Origin: Nitrospinaceae bacterium
Lineage (GTDB): Bacteria; Nitrospinota; Nitrospinia; Nitrospinales; JACRGP01
DNA length: 64,000 bases
Assembly (NCBI GenBank): GCA_029261555.1
Contig: JAJDBB010000096.1
Location: forward strand, 35,623-99,622
Direction: 5' to 3'
The position numbers were made by a program, and so were the translations under genes. This document shows positions 37,468-45,934 of the stretch, in pieces (position 1 is the stretch's first letter; every line of letters begins with the position of its first letter). The notes beneath the pieces were generated by a model. It worked only from the letters and a program-made list of their open reading frames with translations, was not told where the DNA came from and made no database searches.

Positions 37468-38055
37468 GTGAAAGCGTTTGGTTTTAACATTGGTAAAATT
37501 ATATTTCCGGGAATTGCGTTTGTTCTGGTTTTATTAAGCGCTGCGGTTCATCCCCTATCGGCGCAAGAGAATATTGCTCCGGGCGATTCAAAAACCGAAC
37601 CCGATTTTCACATTGTCGACAACAACGACGGAACGGTGACGGATTCCAAAACCGGTCTTATATGGGCGAAGAAAGATTCTTACCAGGCGTTGAAGAAATG
37701 GTTGAACTGGTACATGTCCCAGGATTACCTCAAGGATCTGAACGAGAAAAAATTTGCAGGGCACGACGATTGGCGCTTCCCAACCCGCGAGGAGTTGGCC
37801 ACCCTGTACGATGAGAGTCACACCATCACCTGGAAATATTACTGGACCACTAACGAGATTCATATGGATCCGATTTTCGTGGACCCTCATTGCTGTATCT
37901 GGACCAGCGACCCACATAAGGAAAAATACGCCTGGGGTTTTAATTTCATTCGAGGCCAGCTCTACGTCAGCTTGAAGGACACCGGGGTGCAGTATTCTCT
38001 CACTGCGGTGCGCCCGGTTCGCGGCCAGCCGGGGAAGCCCCCGGAGGCAGAGTGA
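37468..38055 (+). CDS. DUF1566 (Lcl C-terminal-like) protein with signal peptide
   Basis: GTG 37468 follows AGGAAAAG; the ORF-track TTG is at 37438. Signal peptide ends LSAQE. Motifs: DGTVTDSKTGLIWAKKDS, FAGHDDWRFPTREELATLYD, IHMDPIF, CIWTSD, AVRPVRG. Confidence 0.85.
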   Translation: MKAFGFNIGKIIFPGIAFVLVLLSAAVHPLSAQENIAPGDSKTEPDFHIVDNNDGTVTDSKTGLIWAKKDSYQALKKWLNWYMSQDYLKDLNEKKFAGHDDWRFPTREELATLYDESHTITWKYYWTTNEIHMDPIFVDPHCCIWTSDPHKEKYAWGFNFIRGQLYVSLKDTGVQYSLTAVRPVRGQPGKPPEAE

Positions 38056-38198
38056 GCGCAACTTGTACGGTAAATGCTGTGCGTTACATTGAATTTGTAA
38101 ATCCAAACCACCCTCCCTTGTTATATATATATTTGGAAACCTGCCAAGCGCTGATAAAATGGAAATTGCAAACTCAGAAAATTGAATAAGGCGAACGC

Positions 38199-39023
38199 AT
38201 GAGCGAAGAGGAAATAGAATCCGGAACGGAAGACGAGAAGGCCGGCGAATCTCAGGAATCTGAATCCGCCGAAGCGCCGCCTCTTCCCGAGGAAGACGAG
38301 TCTCCGGTCCCGGCAGAAGGCGATGAAGCCGTCGACGATGAAGAGGGTGAAGGCGAGGAGGAATTTGACCTCGAAGCGCAAATTGAATTGTTCCGCGAGC
38401 AGATTGAAGAAGAACCCGATAATTGCATCCACTATTACAACCTTGGAGAAGCCCTGGCGGAGCTTGGAGATCTTGAGGGGGGGCTGGAGAATTATCAGGC
38501 GGCCCTGGAGTTGGACGACGGCGGGTTCGACGCCATCATTCACTTTGGAATGGCCGAGGTTCTGACCGCTAAATTGATCCAGGGCGTTTCTTCAAACGTG
38601 ATAAAAAGCTCCGTCGGCTTGATTTCGTCGCATAAGGATAAAACCACGATCAATAGCGTAGATGAGAAAGACTATAGTTGCGCGATTGACGAATTTCAGG
38701 CGGCGATAAAAAGTTTGTCAAAATTGCAGGCGGACGAGGAAATCGTTGAACACATTTCCAAAAACGCTCCCGAGCAAATCGCCACCCTTTATTATAAATG
38801 GGGGTCGGATCTTATGGATAAGGCTCGACAACTTGATATGTACGGAGAAGAGATTCAGGACATGAAACTGGCCCTCAAGCATTTTAAAAAAACCCTGGAG
38901 ATTGATCCCAACCATTCGGCGGGACATTTGATGGAAAAGCTGTCGAAGAAGATGCTGGCGGAGGGTTGGAAGAGTTACGACGAATACGGTTTCGAGGCCA
39001 AAGACATCCCTGGACTGGGGTGA
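38199..39023 (+). CDS. Hypothetical protein: ~60-aa poly-acidic N-terminus followed by TPR-like helices
   Basis: MSEEEIESGTEDEKAGESQESE...DEEGEGEEEFD, then YYNLGEALAELGDLEGGLENYQAALELD (TPR-like). Confidence 0.7.
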   Translation: MSEEEIESGTEDEKAGESQESESAEAPPLPEEDESPVPAEGDEAVDDEEGEGEEEFDLEAQIELFREQIEEEPDNCIHYYNLGEALAELGDLEGGLENYQAALELDDGGFDAIIHFGMAEVLTAKLIQGVSSNVIKSSVGLISSHKDKTTINSVDEKDYSCAIDEFQAAIKSLSKLQADEEIVEHISKNAPEQIATLYYKWGSDLMDKARQLDMYGEEIQDMKLALKHFKKTLEIDPNHSAGHLMEKLSKKMLAEGWKSYDEYGFEAKDIPGLG

Positions 39024-39061
39024 CCTTAACTTAACTAAAGAGTTCATGAGAGGCGCGAGCA

Positions 39062-39457
39062 ATGGCAGATATACAGGAATTGATTCGGTTGGGTTTGAGT
39101 TCGGACGGGCAGGTTCTTAATTTAAAGGCCAAGTTTATTCGTGAGGTGGGCGCCGTGGAACTTGCAAAGCAAGAGAGCTTGAGCAACGTTCGATCTTTGG
39201 ATCTCTCACAAAATGATATCGGAGACGAAGGCGTGAAGGCGGTGGCGGAATCGCCCATTTTTTCCAAGGTAAGAACCCTCAATTTGAAGTCCAACAGCAT
39301 TGGAGACGAAGGGGCCTCCCATCTGGCAAACTCGATCACTCTGGAGAGTCTTAGAAGCTTGCAATTGGTGGTGAACGATATCACCGAGGATGGCGAAAAA
39401 ATATTGAGAAACTCAAAAAACTTGAAAAACCTGACGTCGCTGAAATTTCGCGTTTAA
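39062..39457 (+). CDS. Leucine-rich repeat protein, ribonuclease-inhibitor (RI/RNI)-type repeats
   Basis: 28-29-residue repeats: LDLSQNDIGDEGVKAVAESPIFSKVRT / LNLKSNSIGDEGASHLANSITLESLRS / LQLVVNDITEDGEKILRNS. Confidence 0.8.
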   Translation: MADIQELIRLGLSSDGQVLNLKAKFIREVGAVELAKQESLSNVRSLDLSQNDIGDEGVKAVAESPIFSKVRTLNLKSNSIGDEGASHLANSITLESLRSLQLVVNDITEDGEKILRNSKNLKNLTSLKFRV

Positions 39458-39755
39458 GACCGCCGGTTTTTAATGAAAAATCAGTTCGGGGAGACAATAA
39501 AGAGCTTTTATTATTAGTGGGTTACGCGAGCTACTCTTTTTTCCTCAAAATAGCCCTTGACTTATATCGGGGCATTTGATAATTTCGACCCGTTCCAAAA
39601 CCTTTTGGACTAGAACGATTGAGAAGGTATCCTTGTACTTAGGGTTTCTAATATAGGAAGTAGAAATAGGGGAAGGGGCTTTTGCCTCTTAAAGATTTAT
39701 CGTTTAAAATTTTAGATCTTTTTAATGACGTGCCTTTTTTTGAAAGGGGGAGCAA

Positions 39756-40247
39756 ATGGTAAAGAAAAATATTATCTGTCTGTTTACCGTGGCAGCCTTT
39801 TTGGTCGTTGCTACTGTGGCCAGCGCAAACGTCACCGAGGTAAAACCGGGCGGCAGCACGATTTGCGAAAACGCTTCTTGGATCATTTACAACCAGAGCG
39901 AGACCGAAGACACCAGCATTACTTTTGACATTGGACCTTATGCTTACAGCTGGGAAAAGGTTTTCAAACGAACCCTCCCTCCGGGCGGATCGCAGACCAA
40001 CGCTTTGGCGAGTAAAAGCATCATCACCAATAAGGGACCGGGAGATATCGCGGTTAACTGTCAGCGTCAGCGGTTTGATCGCCATGACTGGAGGATCGAC
40101 GCAGGTTCTGGAAAAACCTATCAGAGCGACTACCATCTGGACCATGTTCAGCCGGAGACTTATGTAGAGCCGGGTTATGGTATGCCAGTGGGTACGGAAA
40201 GAGGCATCGGCGCTATTAGAGGTCATACTTCCGAGCAGTATCGCTAA
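39756..40247 (+). CDS. Secreted hypothetical protein
   Basis: RBS AAGGGGGAG and signal peptide MVKKNIICLFTVAAFLVVATVASA. No family was recognised. Confidence 0.6.
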   Translation: MVKKNIICLFTVAAFLVVATVASANVTEVKPGGSTICENASWIIYNQSETEDTSITFDIGPYAYSWEKVFKRTLPPGGSQTNALASKSIITNKGPGDIAVNCQRQRFDRHDWRIDAGSGKTYQSDYHLDHVQPETYVEPGYGMPVGTERGIGAIRGHTSEQYR

Positions 40248-40270
40248 GCATTACCAAAAATTTTAAAATT

Positions 40271-40303
40271 AGCCGGAAGGTTTCGACCTTCCGGCTTTTT
40301 TTT
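40271..40303 (+). terminator. Rho-independent terminator
   Basis: AGCCGGAAGG-TTTCGA-CCTTCCGGCT followed by 7 T. Confidence 0.8.
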
Positions 40304-40343
40304 ATTGGCGCCGGTTTTAAACAATCTTTTTTGGGTTTTGGAA

Positions 40344-40847
40344 ATGAGTGAAAGATTTGTCGATAATGGAGATGGGACCGTCACTGATAAGCACACAAAC
40401 CTAATGTGGATGAAAAACGATTCCTATTTAGATCTGGGTCAGGCGGTCACCTTCGACACCCCGCAGAAAAGAACCGCCCTGAAATACCTAAAAAAAATGA
40501 ACGAACTGCCTTTTGCCGGGCACGACGACTGGCGTATCCCCTCCAAATTCGAAGCCTTTTCCCTTTACGACGTCGACCAGTCCCTGTCGGATCATTACAA
40601 TATGGAAATCCATATCCCTCCCATTTTTTCTCCGGGTTGCGGATTTGATACCTGGACCAGCAATGTTCGCGGAAAAATAACCTGCTATGTGGTGTCTTTT
40701 GGTACCGGAACCGGCGGCCACAAGGAACAGGATTCCTCCATCAATACCAGTGTCCGGTTGGTTCGCCAAGTTGGGCCTGTAACAAATCTTTCCAAGATTG
40801 TTCCTAAATTTAAAATGGACCATAATTTGGCCGGCGGCTGGCGTTGA
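40344..40847 (+). CDS. DUF1566 protein, no signal peptide
   Basis: ATG 40344: MSERFVDNGDGTVTDKHTNLMWMKNDS, FAGHDDWRIPSKFEAFSLYD, IHIPPIF, DTWTSN, SVRLVRQ. Confidence 0.85.
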   Translation: MSERFVDNGDGTVTDKHTNLMWMKNDSYLDLGQAVTFDTPQKRTALKYLKKMNELPFAGHDDWRIPSKFEAFSLYDVDQSLSDHYNMEIHIPPIFSPGCGFDTWTSNVRGKITCYVVSFGTGTGGHKEQDSSINTSVRLVRQVGPVTNLSKIVPKFKMDHNLAGGWR

Positions 40848-41095
40848 CCGGCATTGAAATTCCGTCCCTTGAGGGTCTCTCAGCGCTTGAAAATTTGAAT
40901 TTTGGGTGGTAGTCTTTACTGAACAATATAGCTAAAATTTATTGGATTGATTGACGAACGCTCTGGAAATGTTTTTCGTTTGAGGGGTGGAATCGCTTCC
41001 TAATTTTCCATGCGAGAACGTTGGCGATAAAGAACGCCTCCCCTCTTATGAGATAAAAAGTTTAGAGTGTTTTTTTTAATTTTGGAGAGTTTACA

Positions 41096-41536
41096 TTGGC
41101 TTCTTGGGAAAAAAAATTTAAAGATAACGGAGACCAGACGGTAACTGATTTGGAAGAAGATTTGATCTGGTGTAAAAAAGATTCCAGAATGGAATTAGGT
41201 AAATGGCTCAATTGGGACGAGGCAGTCGCCTACCTGGCCGCTTGTAACGAGCAAAAATACCTGGGTTTCGACGATTGGCGCGTGCCTGCCAAGAGCGAGT
41301 TGCGCGGGTTGCTTAAGCAAAAGGAAGCCTTTAAGGAGCTTTTCCTGAAACTTCCAGAAAAGAAAAAACGCAACGTCGCAAACTATCAAGCCGGAGGCGA
41401 ATGGAGCTATTGGACCTGCGAAACGCGGTTCGATTCTTACGCTTGGAAATGTTATTACCCCTCTGGTAAAGAGATTTGCGTGGACCAACAAGTCTCGACC
41501 ACCGGAACTTCCGTGCGTTTGGTCAGGGATTCATAA
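41096..41536 (+). CDS. DUF1566 protein, divergent member, no signal peptide
   Basis: TTG start after GGAGAG. DNGDQTVTDLEEDLIWCKKDS, LGFDDWRVPAKSELRGLL, YWTCETR, SVRLVRDS. Confidence 0.75.
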   Translation: MASWEKKFKDNGDQTVTDLEEDLIWCKKDSRMELGKWLNWDEAVAYLAACNEQKYLGFDDWRVPAKSELRGLLKQKEAFKELFLKLPEKKKRNVANYQAGGEWSYWTCETRFDSYAWKCYYPSGKEICVDQQVSTTGTSVRLVRDS

Positions 41537-41593
41537 AACGCAGACCGGGATGGATCGAAACCCATCTCCCCAAAAAATATCAGGAGCGATCTC

Positions 41594-42238
41594 ATGGAAT
41601 CCGACGAGATTTTAGAAAATAACAACGACCCTTCGGAAGGCGGCGAAGCGCCAGATCTGGGAACCCCGGGCGACGGGGAAGAGCCTTACGCCGAGGAAGA
41701 ATGGATCGGCGAAAAATGGGGGGACGAAGACGAAATAGAAATCGACGTCCTTGAGGAGACGGACGCTCCTCAATTTGTTGACAACGGCAACGAAACCGTC
41801 AGCGACGGGAAAAACCGGTTGATGTGGGCCAAGGCCGACTCTTTTAAAGAATTCGGGTATGGAATCACTTGGTTTGAAGCCTGGGATTACTGCGAAGAAC
41901 TTAATGATAAAAAATTCGCCGGATTCGACGATTGGCGTCTTCCGGGTTTCGATGAATCCAAAACGCTCTTCTCGTTTATCAAATCCAACGAAGACAAGAA
42001 CGGAGCGGAAATTCATATTGACGACCTGTTCGAGCCCGGCGGGGGAGACAATACCTGGACGTATGAAGAAAAACCAGATTTCCAGCAATACGCAATGAAG
42101 TTCAGCTACATCACCGGGAACGAAAAATGGGATCATAAGGACAACGAGTATTCCTACGTTCGAGCCGTGAGAGACGAAGTCGAAGTGGGCGAATGGGAAC
42201 CCGAATGGCGGAAGGACTCCAAAAAACTCGCAGGCTGA
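41594..42238 (+). CDS. DUF1566 protein with ~65-aa poly-acidic N-terminal extension
   Basis: MESDEILENNNDPSEGGEAPD...EDEIEIDVLEE, then FVDNGNETVSDGKNRLMWAKADS, FAGFDDWRLPGFDESKTLFS, IHIDDLF, YVRAVRDE. Confidence 0.85.
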   Translation: MESDEILENNNDPSEGGEAPDLGTPGDGEEPYAEEEWIGEKWGDEDEIEIDVLEETDAPQFVDNGNETVSDGKNRLMWAKADSFKEFGYGITWFEAWDYCEELNDKKFAGFDDWRLPGFDESKTLFSFIKSNEDKNGAEIHIDDLFEPGGGDNTWTYEEKPDFQQYAMKFSYITGNEKWDHKDNEYSYVRAVRDEVEVGEWEPEWRKDSKKLAG

Positions 42239-42266
42239 TCCCGCGCGTTATGGATGATAATACTCT

Positions 42267-42488
42267 ATGAGCCATTATATGATTTTTGGTAAGGACGATT
42301 GTCCTCACACCCAAAAAGCGCTGGAAGAATTTAAAAAGAAATGTAAACCTTTTCTGTATATCAACGTCGACAAGGACCCAAAAGCCTTGGAAAAAATGCT
42401 CGAATATTCCGACGGCAGGCACATGGTCCCCATTATCGTCGACGTCGATAAGGGAGACGTTACGGTGGGATTCACCGGAGAAGATTAA
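42267..42488 (+). CDS. Glutaredoxin-like small thioredoxin-fold protein, monothiol CPHT site
   Basis: MIFGKDDCPHTQKALEEFKK...GRHMVPIIVDVDKGDVTVGFTG matches the Grx/NrdH/YruB-like layout (CxxC position, cis-Pro VP, GF). The codon after CPH is ACC (Thr), not Cys or TGA. Confidence 0.65.
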   Translation: MSHYMIFGKDDCPHTQKALEEFKKKCKPFLYINVDKDPKALEKMLEYSDGRHMVPIIVDVDKGDVTVGFTGED

Positions 42489-42551
42489 TCGCGCGGACCA
42501 TGGGTTCCGAAACCGCCCATCCACGCAGAAAACTTTTTACCGAAAGAAAGA

Positions 42552-43040
42552 ATGATGAGCGAGCAAACGCCTCAGGTTCGAGGGAAAAAGGAAGAGCTAA
42601 AGCGGTTTCAGGAAAAAGGTCCGCATGTGATTCTTGACTCGAAGAATGATATTCATTGGATGAAAAAGGATTCCTGGCTGGACAAGGGAAAATTTTTTAA
42701 CTGGCACGAGTCCAAGGATTACGCGGCCACAAAGAATATCCGGAAAATTGGCGGCTTTGAGGATTGGCGGCTCCCCACCGGGGACGAGGCCATGTCCCTG
42801 CACGACGAGACTCTGGAGAATCCCGGCAAGGGCGGAGTCGTTTTGCACATCGATCCGCTCTTTCCCGAAGGAGCTTTCAAAACCGGCTGGGTGATGGGAG
42901 ATACCTCCACCCGGCGTCCCCGTTGGGATTTCTCCGAAGGCAAAATGGTTTTCACTGATGAATACACCTTCGGATCCGTTCGGCTATGTAGAAAATCCCC
43001 CGTGGAAAAAGATCGATCCCGAGTGCGTCGAAACCGTTAA
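42552..43040 (+). CDS. DUF1566 protein, no signal peptide
   Basis: ILDSKNDIHWMKKDS, GGFEDWRLPTGDEAMSLHD, LHIDPLF, SVRLCRKS. Confidence 0.8.
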   Translation: MMSEQTPQVRGKKEELKRFQEKGPHVILDSKNDIHWMKKDSWLDKGKFFNWHESKDYAATKNIRKIGGFEDWRLPTGDEAMSLHDETLENPGKGGVVLHIDPLFPEGAFKTGWVMGDTSTRRPRWDFSEGKMVFTDEYTFGSVRLCRKSPVEKDRSRVRRNR

Positions 43041-43064
43041 GCCTCTAACAAAATATATTTTGCC

Positions 43065-43976
43065 ATGAAAGAAACAACCCAAAGCGGCCGGTACCTGGAC
43101 AATGGCGACGGAGTCATTCTCGACACAGATACCAATCTGATGTGGATGAAGAACGACACCTGGATTGAAATTGGCTCGTTGATGAGCTGGCACAAGGCCC
43201 AGGAATATTTGAAAAAGCTGAACGAGGAGAAATTCGCCGGACATCAAAACTGGAGGTTTCCCACGGGAAACGAGGCTAAATCGCTTTTCGACGACGCCTC
43301 CAGCAATCACGATCGGGAAGGATGCGAGATTTTTCTCAACCCGGTTTTTCCCTCCGGGTGCGGTTACACCACATGGACTAGCGAAACCCGCGGCGCCAAG
43401 GCCGCTATGGGATTTGATTATCGAGCCAACTACGAGTACTGGTTGGCCAAGGAAAACGAAGGATTTCCCAGCGGGGTTCGTTTTGTCCGCAGTCACAAAT
43501 CCAGACAGGAAATTGAAAAAGAGAAAAAGCGCTTTGTGGATACGGGCAAAGGAGCCGTGGTGGATCTGGAAACCGAATTGATGTGGAAAAAAGGAGATTC
43601 ATTCATCGACCTGGATAAATGGGTCACCTGGCAGGAGGGGAAATCCTATTGTCAGGGACTGAATCAAAGACGGTTTGCCGGATTCGAAAACTGGAGAATG
43701 CCGACGCGAAAGGAAGCGCAAACCATTAGCGATTTGAGCAACCCGATCACGGACGCCTACGGGGATACGGTCTATCTGGCTTCCGCATTTTCTCCGGGAT
43801 CCGGCGCCACCTGCTGGACCAAAACCCTGAATAAATCAGATGCCTCCCTTGCCGTTCGCTTCCATTATTATAACGGCGATCACAAGTGGCACAAAAGGGG
43901 ATTGCGGAGTCACGGCGTGCGCGCCGTGCGCGCCATGGAGCCGGAGGAATTGCAAACAGATTCCGATTCCGACTGA
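43065..43976 (+). CDS. Tandem double-DUF1566 protein, no signal peptide
   Basis: Domain 1: YLDNGDGVILDTDTNLMWMKNDT, FAGHQNWRFPTGNEAKSLFD, TTWTSE, GVRFVRSH. Domain 2: FVDTGKGAVVDLETELMWKKGDS, FAGFENWRMPTRKEAQTISD, CWTKT, GVRAVRAM. The C-terminal tail is acidic. Confidence 0.85.
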   Translation: MKETTQSGRYLDNGDGVILDTDTNLMWMKNDTWIEIGSLMSWHKAQEYLKKLNEEKFAGHQNWRFPTGNEAKSLFDDASSNHDREGCEIFLNPVFPSGCGYTTWTSETRGAKAAMGFDYRANYEYWLAKENEGFPSGVRFVRSHKSRQEIEKEKKRFVDTGKGAVVDLETELMWKKGDSFIDLDKWVTWQEGKSYCQGLNQRRFAGFENWRMPTRKEAQTISDLSNPITDAYGDTVYLASAFSPGSGATCWTKTLNKSDASLAVRFHYYNGDHKWHKRGLRSHGVRAVRAMEPEELQTDSDSD

Positions 43977-43999
43977 GCTTTCCGACTTAAAGGGCAACC

Positions 44000-44455
44000 A
44001 TGGGATTGAACCCAGAACCAAATAAAAACCCGGGCGAAGACCGGTTTGTTGAAGACGGAGAAGACGCGCTTATCGACACGCGTTGCCGTTTGGTCTGGTG
44101 CAAAAAAGACTCCTGGCAGTTGATCGGCAAATGGATGAGTTGGCGCCAGCTGTCCGATCACCTGCAAGAAATGAACAAACAAAAATTCGCAGGCTACAAT
44201 GACTGGCGCCTGCCCACGGCCCTGGAAGCCAAGAGTCTTTTCGATTTGAAGCACGGCAACAAGGACAACATGGGGAAGCCCGCTTTTTTGGACCCGGCGT
44301 TTCCCCCCGGGTTTGGCTTTCTCTGCTGGACCTCGGACGTGAGAAACAAAATCCAGGCTATCCGGGTCGGATATCGAAAAGGAGTGGGGAGCTACGACGA
44401 TATTTACAGAACATCCCGGGGCGCCACGCGCTTTGTCCGCGATATCGAATCATGA
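44000..44455 (+). CDS. DUF1566 protein, no signal peptide
   Basis: FVEDGEDALIDTRCRLVWCKKDS, FAGYNDWRLPTALEAKSLFD, FLDPAF, LCWTSD, ATRFVRDI. Confidence 0.85.
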   Translation: MGLNPEPNKNPGEDRFVEDGEDALIDTRCRLVWCKKDSWQLIGKWMSWRQLSDHLQEMNKQKFAGYNDWRLPTALEAKSLFDLKHGNKDNMGKPAFLDPAFPPGFGFLCWTSDVRNKIQAIRVGYRKGVGSYDDIYRTSRGATRFVRDIES

Positions 44456-44514
44456 ACCGGCGGGAAAACTCAAACATTTAACACCGTTGTTCGCGGAGAG
44501 GGAAGTTTGTAAAA

Positions 44515-44949
44515 GTGGAAAACCAGAAACGCTTTATCGATAACGGCGACGGCACCGTCACCGATACCAAATTGAAATTGATATGGAAACAGAACGATGG
44601 TCTGCAGGACGTCAGTAAATGGACAAACTGGTACGACTCCCTGGGCTATATCAAGGAATTGAATATAAAAAAGTTCGCGGGTTGTGGTGATTGGCGTATG
44701 CCGACTCTTAAAGAAGCGGAATCGCTATTTTACGAAGAGCGAGACGTTTATATCCGCGACATGGACCGTTTTGAAATATTTATCGATCCCGTTTTTTCGC
44801 CGGGAGGCGGTTACACGAGCTGGACCAGTACCAGCAAACCCAACGGGTGCGCTTTGATTTTCTATTATCGCTACGGCCATGAAAACTCAAATCACAAGGA
44901 AGATATTTCCAAGGATACGGTTCGGGCGGTGCGCAACGCGACCGAATGA
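44515..44949 (+). CDS. DUF1566 protein, no signal peptide
   Basis: GTG start. FIDNGDGTVTDTKLKLIWKQNDG, FAGCGDWRMPTLKEAESLFY, IFIDPVF, TSWTST, TVRAVRNA. Confidence 0.85.
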   Translation: MENQKRFIDNGDGTVTDTKLKLIWKQNDGLQDVSKWTNWYDSLGYIKELNIKKFAGCGDWRMPTLKEAESLFYEERDVYIRDMDRFEIFIDPVFSPGGGYTSWTSTSKPNGCALIFYYRYGHENSNHKEDISKDTVRAVRNATE

Positions 44950-45042
44950 AATGCGTAAAAAGAGCGCCAGAGACAATCAGCGCGGGAGGCGATTATCCTA
45001 ACTTATAAAATCATCAATCCTCAGGAAAGCCAAAACTCGGTA

Positions 45043-45810
45043 ATGACTTTTCGTTTCGAGGAAGAGGACTATCAAAACACCTATGTGCTGGAAGATTTTT
45101 ACGGAACCAATCCGTTTGAAGACAGCCATTGCACCTTGCTTTGCCTTCACGATCCGGAAAGCGAAGTTCGCCTTTCCTTCATTTACAATTTTAATAAAAC
45201 CTACGTGACGCCTCCCGGCCAAGGTCAACTGACCCAAACTCAGGCGAGCATCGTCAAGGGGTTTGTAAAGGATATGCCGGAGGAGTTAGCGACCCTGATC
45301 AAGCAAAGATATTTTGAAGCCAAAGCATACGGCGAAAAGAACCCCAGGTCTTATCTGGAATTTCAAACGGGGCGTTACGCCAATTATATTGAAATGTTTC
45401 CTCATAAATCGGCGCCGATGAATTTTTCATTCGACGGCCAAAATCATTTTGCGGAAGATTCTTACGAAATGGATCCTCGGATTAAAAATCAAAGCGTAAA
45501 ACTGTCGTTTTACGAAGAGGACACCCAAAACGAAAAGCAGTCCGCCCTGTTTCATTACACCTATTTCTTCGACGAGGAAAAGCGTGCGGAGGTGGATTCC
45601 CGATTGCAGGAGGAAGAGTCGGCGATCCTTTACGCCTTCCATCAATTTGTCCCTGGCGCACACGATGTTTTGAAAACCCGATATAAGGAAGTTAAAAAAC
45701 TTGGCGCCGAACTCATGGAAGAAGGACCGCAAATCCCCGTGCAGGTCGAGGAGGAAAAGCCCAAATCAAAAAAGAAGAAGGGTAAAAAAGAAAAGCGGGT
45801 CGTTAATTGA
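45043..45810 (+). CDS. Hypothetical protein with strongly basic C-terminal tail
   Basis: 255 aa with no recognised family. The C-terminus reads EEEKPKSKKKKGKKEKRVVN. It follows the last DUF1566 paralogue in the array. Confidence 0.5.
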   Translation: MTFRFEEEDYQNTYVLEDFYGTNPFEDSHCTLLCLHDPESEVRLSFIYNFNKTYVTPPGQGQLTQTQASIVKGFVKDMPEELATLIKQRYFEAKAYGEKNPRSYLEFQTGRYANYIEMFPHKSAPMNFSFDGQNHFAEDSYEMDPRIKNQSVKLSFYEEDTQNEKQSALFHYTYFFDEEKRAEVDSRLQEEESAILYAFHQFVPGAHDVLKTRYKEVKKLGAELMEEGPQIPVQVEEEKPKSKKKKGKKEKRVVN

Positions 45811-45934
45811 TTTAAGCGAATGGTTACAAATTCTGCTGCCCGCGATTTTAATATGTTAGGCTTTTAAGCAAGGGTAAGCAAAATCATCCAATAATGAAAT
45901 CGGCGTCAGCCGAAATTTTATAGAGAGTGAAAAC

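Noticed and set aside
39648-40226. 192-aa minus-strand ORF overlapping 39756-40247
   Set aside because: The plus-strand ORF has a strong RBS (AAGGGGGAG), a clear signal peptide and a downstream Rho-independent terminator. The minus-strand ORF has none of these.
42267-42488. Possible selenoprotein (Sec in place of the second active-site Cys) in the glutaredoxin-like gene
   Set aside because: The codon is ACC (Thr), not TGA. There is no in-frame TGA in the ORF.
45043-45810. Apparent internal duplication in the hypothetical protein (V[RK]LSF ... L[IL]K[QT]RY[FK]E[AV]K occurring twice)
   Set aside because: The spacing between the two motif pairs differs (about 49 versus 63 residues) and the intervening sequence does not align convincingly by eye. 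This is too weak to claim without a proper repeat-detection run (HHrepID/RADAR).
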